Positions 19,225 to 27,577 of a DNA stretch of 64,000 nucleotides are shown here, one piece after another. The notes under the pieces are model-generated. The model saw only the letters and a list, made by a program, of their open reading frames with translations. It was not told the origin of the DNA and did no database searches. Within the stretch, counting starts at the first letter, position 1. Each line of letters starts with the position of its first letter. Where the stretch lies: positions 64,001 through 128,000 of the forward strand of contig QMRC01000003.1 in the NCBI GenBank assembly GCA_003649205.1. Direction: 5' to 3'. The translations under genes were made by a program, and so were the position numbers. Source of the DNA: Thermoprotei archaeon (GTDB lineage: Archaea > Thermoproteota > Thermoprotei > Thermoproteales > B15-G16).

Positions 19225-21285
19225 GTGAGTCTAATGAGGTCGCAAGTAGGTATCAGTAAGTGGGTTCTGGTTACAATCCTAGTGGTAGTAATTGTAGCAA
19301 TTGTAGCAGCTGTAATCACTACATATCTCTACTATAGCGCTAGACCATCTAAACCTACAGCACCTCCACCACCCACTAAACCTACCAAACCTACTAAACC
19401 AGCTATTGTGATTAAGGACTTTAGAGGGAAGACTATTGAGTTAGCTAAACCTGCTGAGAGGGTTGTAGTTCTTCAGTCATACTGGGCTGAGGTAATTGTA
19501 GCTCTCGGTAAGGCTAATACTATTGTTGGTGTTGGTAGCTACGTACCTTACGATGAGTACCTACCCCCTGAAGTCAGGGACCTACCTAAGGTTGGAAGCA
19601 TATTTAGAGGTGTCAATGTTGAGGCTATAGCTTCTCTGAAGCCAGATGTCGTAATTATGGACTTCGGCTATGGTAAGGCTGATGAGATTATTAAGAAACT
19701 TGAGCAAATGGGGATACCTGTCATTGGTCTCTTCATTAGAGGTATCGAAGATGAGATAAAGGCAATTGAGATCTTGGGTAAGGTACTTGGTGCTGAGGAG
19801 AAGGCTAAGAAGCTTATTGAGTTCATCAAGACTAGGTACGGTAAGTTGAAGGAGCTTGGTGCAAAGGTACCTGAGAGTAAGAGACTTAAAGTTGTTTTCA
19901 TCAGTGGTTCGAGTGTTCTCAAGGGTGGTGCTCTTTCGCTCTATGCAAATGCTTCGTGGGGTAGAGCTGTAGAGGATATAGGTGCTGTCAATGTGGCATT
20001 ACATGAGTTCCCAAATAAGAAGTGGCCTAAGGTTGATTTCGAGACTTTAGTGAAGTGGGATCCAGATGTAGTATTCATTACCTCATCTGTGAAGTACGTA
20101 CAGAAGGTACTGGATAAGGTTGCTAGTGATACTAGGTGGCATGTTCTCAAGGCTTACAAGAGTGGTAGAATCTACGTAGTTCCTTGCTGGGGTAGCATTG
20201 GTGGAGTTCTTGATTGGGGTCCGAGAGACATCATTGGTAGAGAGTACATTGCGAAGCTCCTGTACCCGGACGTGTATAGGGAAGTCGACTGGAGGGGTGA
20301 TATGGAGTATCTGCTCGAGCACTTCTACGGTATTGATATACCTAAGCAGGCATTTGCTGCGTACAGTATTGAGTGGAAGGAAATTGTCGATCCATTGGGT
20401 AATGTGGTTAAGGTACCGAGAAAGGTGAAGAAAGTAGTTGACTTGATATCGTACCTCTCTGACCTAGCTCTAGGTGTTATGGATAGACTCGTTGGTGTGT
20501 CGAAGTATGCTAAGAAGAATCCTGTACTGCTGAAGGTGTATCCCAAGATCAAGGACATACCTAGTCCAGGCTCCTCGTTTAAGGTGAACATAGAGGTGCT
20601 TGAGATGTTGAGACCTGACGTCGTCATAATTTGGCCATATAAGCCAAGTGTTGTTGAGCAGATTGAGAAGCTCGGTATTCCAGTTGTGAAAGTTCATCTC
20701 TATAGTTACGATGATGTCAGGAGGTTGCTATGGTGTTTAGGTGTGCTGTATGGTGTGGTCGATAGGGTCAAGAAGATCATTAACGATATGGATAACCTAC
20801 TGATGTTAGTTCGAGAGAGGATAAAGGACATACCATCTGAGAAGAGAGTACGTGTGCTGTATCTATGGAGTAAGCCTACTAGAGTTCAAGGTGGTAGAGG
20901 TACCATGAATGATGCTATTGTTCTCGCTGGTGGTGTAAATGTTGCAGCAAAGGAGTTTCCAGACAAGAGCTATGTAACTGTTGACTTTGAGCGTATTGTT
21001 AAGTGGAATCCAGATATGATAGTGATTTGGTGGTGGGCTAAGTACGGTCCTGAGGATCTCCTCAAGGATCCTAAGTGGAGTGTCGTTAAGGCGGTTAAAG
21101 AGGGTAGAGTGTACAAGGAGCCTTACTACGAGCATTGGGGCCCAGATTTAACCTTATTCGTGCTGTGGTTAGCGTGTAAGATGTACCCAGATAGGTTTAG
21201 TGACATAAACTTCATGGAGATAGCTAATAAATACTACATGGAGTGGTATGGTATACTGTATTCTGAGGTTGCTAGCGCTGGTTAG
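19225..21285 (+). CDS. ABC substrate-binding protein with two tandem BtuF/FepB-type domains
   Basis: Class III-like signal (G/ISK + hydrophobic stretch), Pro/Thr/Lys linker, then two copies of the D..G..V.I...P.RVV / N.E.I..L.PDVV / D.E.++W.PD / AVK.GRVY pattern. Confidence 0.9.
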   Translation: MSLMRSQVGISKWVLVTILVVVIVAIVAAVITTYLYYSARPSKPTAPPPPTKPTKPTKPAIVIKDFRGKTIELAKPAERVVVLQSYWAEVIVALGKANTIVGVGSYVPYDEYLPPEVRDLPKVGSIFRGVNVEAIASLKPDVVIMDFGYGKADEIIKKLEQMGIPVIGLFIRGIEDEIKAIEILGKVLGAEEKAKKLIEFIKTRYGKLKELGAKVPESKRLKVVFISGSSVLKGGALSLYANASWGRAVEDIGAVNVALHEFPNKKWPKVDFETLVKWDPDVVFITSSVKYVQKVLDKVASDTRWHVLKAYKSGRIYVVPCWGSIGGVLDWGPRDIIGREYIAKLLYPDVYREVDWRGDMEYLLEHFYGIDIPKQAFAAYSIEWKEIVDPLGNVVKVPRKVKKVVDLISYLSDLALGVMDRLVGVSKYAKKNPVLLKVYPKIKDIPSPGSSFKVNIEVLEMLRPDVVIIWPYKPSVVEQIEKLGIPVVKVHLYSYDDVRRLLWCLGVLYGVVDRVKKIINDMDNLLMLVRERIKDIPSEKRVRVLYLWSKPTRVQGGRGTMNDAIVLAGGVNVAAKEFPDKSYVTVDFERIVKWNPDMIVIWWWAKYGPEDLLKDPKWSVVKAVKEGRVYKEPYYEHWGPDLTLFVLWLACKMYPDRFSDINFMEIANKYYMEWYGILYSEVASAG
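19372..19401 (+). repeat. Imperfect 9-bp tandem repeat encoding the PTK-PTK-PTK-P linker
   Basis: cccactaaa-cctaccaaa-cctactaaa-cca. Confidence 0.7.
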
Positions 21286-21292
21286 TGGGTGA

Positions 21293-22309
21293 GTGTCCTT
21301 GAGGAAGCTAGTACCAAAGCTATTTGTTTCTTTTTCTCTACCGCTAGCAATCTTGATCTCTCTCCTACTGGGTCACTATAGGACCGACCCTAAGACCGTA
21401 CTTGAGGTGGTGTTGTCAGCTGTATTCCCTCACCTTATTCATAGTCCACCTGAGACAGTTCGAGTGATTGTACTGCTCTATAGAGCACCTAGAGCTATTG
21501 CAGCAGCTATTACAGGAGCTGTCCTAGCTGTTTCTGGTGCCGCTCTGCAATCAATGCTTCGTAACCCCTTAGTTGATACCTACATTCTGGGCATAGCTTC
21601 AGGTGCTGGGTTCGGTGCTGCATTAGCTATAGCGTTCTTACCGCCAACAGTACCGGTAGAGTTGGTTGCTTTTTGTTTCTCACTCATCGCATTCATGCTG
21701 GCATTTGTCCTAGCTTGGAGTTGGGGGAGAGGTGGGGTAATAGCTCTTGTCCTCTCTGGTGTCATAGTTAATGCATTTTTCTCAGCAGCTCTAGCACTTG
21801 TTAAGTACTTAGCTCCAGATCCTCATAGATTGGCCTCAATAGTCTTCTGGTTGATGGGTGATATTGGTCAAGCAGCGTTTTGGTACAAGATTATGCGTAT
21901 GTTAGCTATATCACTACCCTGTATACTCGTTATCTGGTTTATGAGGTGGAGACTTAATGTACTATCTCTTGGAGATGAAGAGGCTAGAGCACTTGGTGTG
22001 AATCCAACTGTGGAACGAGGTTTGTTGACTGCTATCTGTGCTCTCATGACTTCAGCTACTGTAGCCTACACCGGAATCATCGGGTGGGTTGGGCTACTAG
22101 TGCCCCACATAGTTAGGCTCATGTTGGGTACGGACAATAGGGTGGTGGTGACATACAGTATTGTGTTTGGTGCTACGTACATGGTACTAGCTGATGACTT
22201 AGCTAGGTGTCTCACGAGTGAGGAGCTACCGATTGGTGTTCTCACGACGATCATGGGTGCACCACTCTACATATACTTACTTAGGAGAGCAAGTGGTGTG
22301 TGGAGATGA
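21293..22309 (+). CDS. FecCD/BtuC-family ABC permease
   Basis: R.PRAIAA, LRNPLVDTYILG..SGA, LGDEEARALG, GIIGWVGLLVPH, ELPIG. Confidence 0.95.
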   Translation: MSLRKLVPKLFVSFSLPLAILISLLLGHYRTDPKTVLEVVLSAVFPHLIHSPPETVRVIVLLYRAPRAIAAAITGAVLAVSGAALQSMLRNPLVDTYILGIASGAGFGAALAIAFLPPTVPVELVAFCFSLIAFMLAFVLAWSWGRGGVIALVLSGVIVNAFFSAALALVKYLAPDPHRLASIVFWLMGDIGQAAFWYKIMRMLAISLPCILVIWFMRWRLNVLSLGDEEARALGVNPTVERGLLTAICALMTSATVAYTGIIGWVGLLVPHIVRLMLGTDNRVVVTYSIVFGATYMVLADDLARCLTSEELPIGVLTTIMGAPLYIYLLRRASGVWR

Positions 22310-23097
22310 GGTGTGTACTTCGGGTAGAGGGACTTAGCTACACGTACTCTCGTGATCTAGTTGCTCTACGTGATGTGGAGTTTGAGGTGTATAGTGGAGA
22401 GGTAGTGACAGTACTGGGCCCAAATGGTGCTGGGAAGACTACGCTTCTCAAGTGCATACTTAGACTTCTCGAACCGAGAGGTGTAGTGTACATTAATGGT
22501 AAGCGTAGATGGGATGAACTTAGTTCTAGAGAGCTCGCTAAGTATTTCGGCTATGTACCTCAGACACATCACAGCATATTTGCGTACAGGGTACTTGACT
22601 TTATATTAATGGGTAGAGCACCTCACCACACGATGTTCTCACTACCTTCTCGAAGGGATTACGAGAAAGTTCACGAGGTAGCTAAGTTACTTGGTATCGA
22701 GGATCTTCTCGAGAGGTCTATTACTGAGTTGAGCGGTGGTCAGATGCAGTTGGTACTGATTGCAAGAGCGCTTGTACAGGAAGCAAAGGTATTACTCCTC
22801 GATGAACCAACGGCACACCTAGATATTGTCAATAGTGTACGTGTGCTTTCAGTTGTTAGGAAGTTGGTGAAGTCGGGTAGAGTAGATGCAGCTATCATGG
22901 CAATGCACGATCCTGTTTTAGCAGCTAGTTTCAGTGATAAGGTGCTGCTAATGAGTAGGGGGCGTGTTGTGGCTTGCGGTAGTCCACGTGATGTATTGAG
23001 ACCTGAGGTACTTAGGGAGGTCTATGGTGTTGACTTCGTTAGGTTTGAGCACTGTGGTTTTGTGGTAGTTGTTCCAAGAGCTAGTACTGAGGTTTAG
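22300..23097 (+). CDS. FecE/BtuD-family ABC ATPase
   Basis: GPNGAGKTT, LSGGQ, LLDEPT, MHD, L..VYG. Confidence 0.95.
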   Translation: MEMRCVLRVEGLSYTYSRDLVALRDVEFEVYSGEVVTVLGPNGAGKTTLLKCILRLLEPRGVVYINGKRRWDELSSRELAKYFGYVPQTHHSIFAYRVLDFILMGRAPHHTMFSLPSRRDYEKVHEVAKLLGIEDLLERSITELSGGQMQLVLIARALVQEAKVLLLDEPTAHLDIVNSVRVLSVVRKLVKSGRVDAAIMAMHDPVLAASFSDKVLLMSRGRVVACGSPRDVLRPEVLREVYGVDFVRFEHCGFVVVVPRASTEV

Positions 23098-24054
23098 TGA
23101 CTTGGACTTAGCATCACTAGTCCTGTCTTACCTCAGGTATGTAGCCATCTCCATCACACTGATGTTCCTTGGCGTTCTCGTTCTGGGTATGGTCTACGAG
23201 CTAGGTATTTCGAGAATTCTGTGTAAACCCTTCAGGTCGCTTATGTTACTAGCGAGGTTACCACCAGACTTAGCAGTTCTCATACCTGCCGCCGTAGTGG
23301 ATGTTAAGGTTGAGCAAGCATACCTCTCTGAGTTAAGGACTGGAGGCGTCGTAGGGGATGATGTTGTGATTGCGTATGTACTGCCTAGGAGACCCTTTAC
23401 GCTGATCACCCACCTCATAGGTACTACATACCTGTTGTGTTGGTTGCTCTCGGAGTTTCTCTGGGACTGAGGTACCTATTGCTAGCACTTGTTCCGCAGA
23501 TCATAAGTTTGCTAGTCGCTATTGTGTACGGTAGATCTAAAGTACATGGAATTTACACGGAGCCTAGTCGTACTATTGAGGTTAGTGCTTCCTATAGTTT
23601 ACGCGAGGTACTTCGTAGGTCTCTGCACTTAGCAATTCATGCTCTCTCGAGAATTGTTCCTCGTTACATAGTTGCTACTGCGTTAGTAGTAATCTTCACG
23701 GTACTGAATGTAACTACTTACCTCAGTAATGTAGTAACTCCATTGCCTCACACATTAGGTTTTTCGTACCATTTCGTTATTGTTGTGTGTACAGGTATTA
23801 TTAGTCCGGTTACTGCTGTATTCCTAGTAGGTGAATTTGTTAGATCTAGTTTCCTCAGTTGTAGAGAAGCGCTTCTCGTACTGGTGCTGACTAGGTTTCT
23901 CTTCATTGTGTTATCTGATTATCCTCGACACGTAGTTCCACTATATCTCTCACTCTATCCTCCTAAGCTAGTTGTGAAATTGGTCGCTATTTCGCTCTCG
24001 ATATCAATCACCTCGTTGCCTCTGCAGCTATTCCTCGTTTACTTGCTGACGTAG
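23069..24054 (+). pseudogene. Frameshifted membrane protein (nucleoside-recognition/Gate-domain-like)
   Basis: Two overlapping hydrophobic ORFs (23069-23470, 23437-24054) join into one plausible protein (...THL[I]RYYIPVVLVALG...) if one base is restored near 23417. Confidence 0.6.
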
Positions 24055-26054
24055 ATTACTCTGTACTCTCCATTAGTCATCTCAGCTAACTTCTCAATAA
24101 CACTCATTCCAATATTGAGTGAGTACTCTCCTCGAACTTCGAATATAGTGAGCTTACACTGGAGTTTCTCAAGTAATGTGGCTATAGTGCGAATATCTTG
24201 ATCTAAGTCGCCGGTCAGCAGTACATTTACCTTACCATCACTTACTAAGTATATGTGGACTCGAGAGAGCGGATACCTCAGTCTATAGAGCTTAGCTACG
24301 TTGTAAGCCTCCAGTAATCCGTGGAAGAGAGGAGTTGATCCCCCTACCTCAATTTCCCTGAGGAGTTCGAGAGCCTTTGCATAGCATCTCGTAGGTGGTA
24401 GAATACACGATGCACTTCTTCCTCTGAACACTACAATGGCTATGCTAGATCTTGTAACGTAGCTCCTAGTCGCTAGCTTCTCAACTAGCTCCCTAGCTAG
24501 TTGAATTCTGTTTAGTGCTAACATGCTACCACTAGCATCCAGCACCACTATATTGAGTACAGGTACCTTAACTCTCCTAACTCTTACCCTAATGTCTTGA
24601 CTCGGGATCGGTAACTTAGTTGTGAGGCATCTTGAAACTGTAGCTCTAAGTGTAGCAACTAAGTCTATATCCCTGTACTCACTGTCGTGAACGGGTACTG
24701 TGTGGTAAATGACACGACCTCTACCGACTGCTACTAGAGTTACACTACATTCTCTTGATGTACGTCCCTTCGTTGGTGTTGTTGGTGTTAAGTGTAATTC
24801 ACGGATAGTTGATGACTTAGTTATTGTTGTGGGTAATGAGGTTAGTCCCTGTGATGTAGGTGTTAGGTCTCCTAGTTTAGCTATAATGCTATCTTTACCG
24901 CTGATGCCAGAGCCAATAGCTACATGTGTATCGCTAATATTTACCCTAGAACTGCTTCCTGCTGCGTGCTTATGAGAGTGCTCAGTACTTAATTCCTGTT
25001 TAGTACCGAGTACTTCATTGAGGACTTTCTCTAGAAGCTCACTTGCTTGTCTAGGGTTTTGAGGTGCAGTTGTCTTGATTCTATGTGGTAACGCTAGCTC
25101 CATAGCTTTCTTCACATCCTCTAGTTCGACACGTGTTCTACCATCTAGTGTAGCAATAGCTTTAGCTGTCTTAACTACAACTATGTCGGCTCTATGGGTT
25201 CTTACACGTAGCTTGACCATGGTCTCAGCAACGAGCTTCAGTAGGTCATTGTCTATATGAACTTCCCTAATTAGTTCCCTAGCTCTAGCAACTGTTTCAC
25301 GAATTTTCCTCTCCTCACTCTCAAACTTCTTAATAAAGGATAAGGGATCTCTATGAAATTCCTCAACTCTCCTAACGATCTCAGCTCTTTCCTCAGGATT
25401 CATTGATGCAGAAACATCGACAAAGAGTCCAAATCTATCCAGGATCTGTGGCCTTAATTCACCCTCTTCAGGATTCATACTACCAACAAGTACGAAGCGT
25501 GCTGGGTGTCTAAACGAAATTCCTTCACGTTCAACTATGTTCCAACCCGTAGCTGCTGCATCTAGTAGGAGGTCAGCTATGTAGTCATCGAGTAGATTAA
25601 CTTCGTCAATATATAGGATGTTTCTATTAGCCTCTGCTAGTATACCTGGTTTAAACACTACTTTACCTTCTCTCAGTGCACGCTCAACATCTATGGTGCC
25701 AACTAATCGATCGACAGTTACATTAAGTGGTAAGTCGATAACCCTCATTGGTTTGTACTCAATCTCGAGCTTCTCACCACGAAGCCATGCTTGGTAATGC
25801 TCTTCACACATCTCATAAGGGTTAAGGGGATTGCAGTTAAATGGACAACCCTTCACAACAGGTACTTCAGGTAGTATCTGTGCTAGTGATCTCACAAGTG
25901 TAGTCTTTCCAGTTCCTTTATCACCACACAGTAGTACACCACCAATTGTTGGATCAACAGCAACTGCTAGGAGTGCAAGTTTTGCCTTCTCTAAACCTAC
26001 AATAGCTGAGAAGGGGAAGTAGATCCTTCTACTGCCCTGAGACAGATACATCAC
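24039..26054 (-). CDS. chlD: Class I chelatase ChlD/BchD-type subunit (ChlI-like AAA+ domain + linker + vWA)
   Basis: FPFSAIVG, GDKGTGKT, GILAEANRNILYIDEVNLL, MNPEEGELRPQILDRF; vWA MIDAS DASGSM, GSTPL, VSDG. Confidence 0.9.
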   Translation of the reverse strand: MMYLSQGSRRIYFPFSAIVGLEKAKLALLAVAVDPTIGGVLLCGDKGTGKTTLVRSLAQILPEVPVVKGCPFNCNPLNPYEMCEEHYQAWLRGEKLEIEYKPMRVIDLPLNVTVDRLVGTIDVERALREGKVVFKPGILAEANRNILYIDEVNLLDDYIADLLLDAAATGWNIVEREGISFRHPARFVLVGSMNPEEGELRPQILDRFGLFVDVSASMNPEERAEIVRRVEEFHRDPLSFIKKFESEERKIRETVARARELIREVHIDNDLLKLVAETMVKLRVRTHRADIVVVKTAKAIATLDGRTRVELEDVKKAMELALPHRIKTTAPQNPRQASELLEKVLNEVLGTKQELSTEHSHKHAAGSSSRVNISDTHVAIGSGISGKDSIIAKLGDLTPTSQGLTSLPTTITKSSTIRELHLTPTTPTKGRTSRECSVTLVAVGRGRVIYHTVPVHDSEYRDIDLVATLRATVSRCLTTKLPIPSQDIRVRVRRVKVPVLNIVVLDASGSMLALNRIQLARELVEKLATRSYVTRSSIAIVVFRGRSASCILPPTRCYAKALELLREIEVGGSTPLFHGLLEAYNVAKLYRLRYPLSRVHIYLVSDGKVNVLLTGDLDQDIRTIATLLEKLQCKLTIFEVRGEYSLNIGMSVIEKLAEMTNGEYRVIYVSK

Positions 26055-27576
26055 CCCTCAGCTTCTTAATCCATTCAAGAGCTTCAATAGCTGGTTTAGC
26101 TCTTTCTCTCCAGGGCTGAACATCATCAGCTGTGTATATCGAGACTTCACCTCCCTGTACACTCACTCCAGCGACCTCACCTTCCAGCAGGGACTCTACC
26201 TCCATTCTAGCTAATTGAATCCCCTTGAGTACGTTGAGATCTGGTTTCCAAAGACCACGTTCAACTGCTTCGAGAAGTCTACGAGTGAGTTCCTCGAAAG
26301 CATATGGATTGTTCTCCATGAACCACTTCCTCATACCTTCATCCAGTACGTACTTCTCAGCTATTCTATTCCACACTTCGTCAGGTACAGCACGTGTAGT
26401 TGCTTGCCACCCATAGAGATGAACTATCTTCTTCATGAGTTCAGCAGCACCCCTATACCCGTGCTTCTTCATTTCCTCAATCCACCTAGGATTAAGGAGC
26501 TTTGCATACACTATCCTTACCAACTCTTCGCTCAGGGTACGGATCTGAGGTCTTGAGCTATCTCTGGTATCCACTACCAAGTTAAGCGGTTCCTTACCAC
26601 TAACTACCTTTGTAGTGACGTGGAAACCACCTTGGTAAGCGAAGTAGCCGCAGCAATTCGTTGGGTCATGTTCATCGCTAACATGGTTGCGTACAACGAC
26701 CTCTACTCTCGATAGCTGAAGGGTGAGTAAGTGAGGTATGGGTACGCCGTATCTTTTCCTCGTGTACGCATACATACCCCAGTGAATCCATACCTTAGCT
26801 AAGTCGTCTTCGTTCTTCCACGCGGATGCAAAGACTGCATAATTCACACCAGCACCATAGGCACCTGGTGGTGCACACCAAATACGTGCTCTAGCTAGTT
26901 CTTCAACATCGATGTTAGGTAGATTGAGTTCTCTCAACCTCTCAATGAACTCTAGGTAATGCTTCTTCGGGTAGTTCATCTCTAGAGGTTCATCAAGAGT
27001 AATAACTTTCTCAATAGCTTCATCTATCAAACTTATGTAATTCGGTAGATTATCACGGACAATACCACTAATTCTTACAACAACATCAATTCTAGGTCGA
27101 CCAAGTTCTTCAAGTGGGATAACCTCAATTCCCTTGACAACACCATCAGAACCCCACACCGGTCTAACTCCAAGTAGATAGAGTATCCTCGATATCTGCT
27201 CACCATCAGCCTTATATGCATCGATACTCCATAACACCTCACCTACGCTCTCAGGGTATCTACCATGTAGCTCAAGAAACTTCTGCAGAAGTTTATTAGC
27301 TGATTCAACGCCAACTCTCCAAGCAGCAGGTGTCGGTATCTTTCTCGGGTCGATGCTGTAGAAGTTCCTTCCAGTAGGTAAGATATCTATTCTACCACGG
27401 GTAAGCGACCCAGCTGGACCGGGCTCTACATAGGAGCTACTTAGACCTTTCTCAATACCTCTAAGCTCGTTATCACCACATTCTCTAATCAACTCAGCAA
27501 GTCTAAGAGCTATCTTAAATGCTCGTAGTACACGTTCTCTAGTCTGATCATCCTTAAACTCAATCGTCTTCATCAC
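26029..27576 (-). CDS. cobN: CobN/ChlH-type chelatase large subunit, C-terminal half
   Basis: YVEPGPAGSLTRG, LPTGRNFY, ELGRPRIDVVVRISGI.RD, LLNPRWIEEMKKHGYRGA. Confidence 0.92.
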   Translation of the reverse strand: MMKTIEFKDDQTRERVLRAFKIALRLAELIRECGDNELRGIEKGLSSSYVEPGPAGSLTRGRIDILPTGRNFYSIDPRKIPTPAAWRVGVESANKLLQKFLELHGRYPESVGEVLWSIDAYKADGEQISRILYLLGVRPVWGSDGVVKGIEVIPLEELGRPRIDVVVRISGIVRDNLPNYISLIDEAIEKVITLDEPLEMNYPKKHYLEFIERLRELNLPNIDVEELARARIWCAPPGAYGAGVNYAVFASAWKNEDDLAKVWIHWGMYAYTRKRYGVPIPHLLTLQLSRVEVVVRNHVSDEHDPTNCCGYFAYQGGFHVTTKVVSGKEPLNLVVDTRDSSRPQIRTLSEELVRIVYAKLLNPRWIEEMKKHGYRGAAELMKKIVHLYGWQATTRAVPDEVWNRIAEKYVLDEGMRKWFMENNPYAFEELTRRLLEAVERGLWKPDLNVLKGIQLARMEVESLLEGEVAGVSVQGGEVSIYTADDVQPWRERAKPAIEALEWIKKLRGDVSVSGQ

Positions 27577-27577
27577 A

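Noticed and set aside
24700-25100. Programmed frameshift in the chlD linker producing a ChlI subunit (known in some chlD genes)
   Set aside because: The ORF is continuous and no clear slippery heptamer or long A-run was seen.
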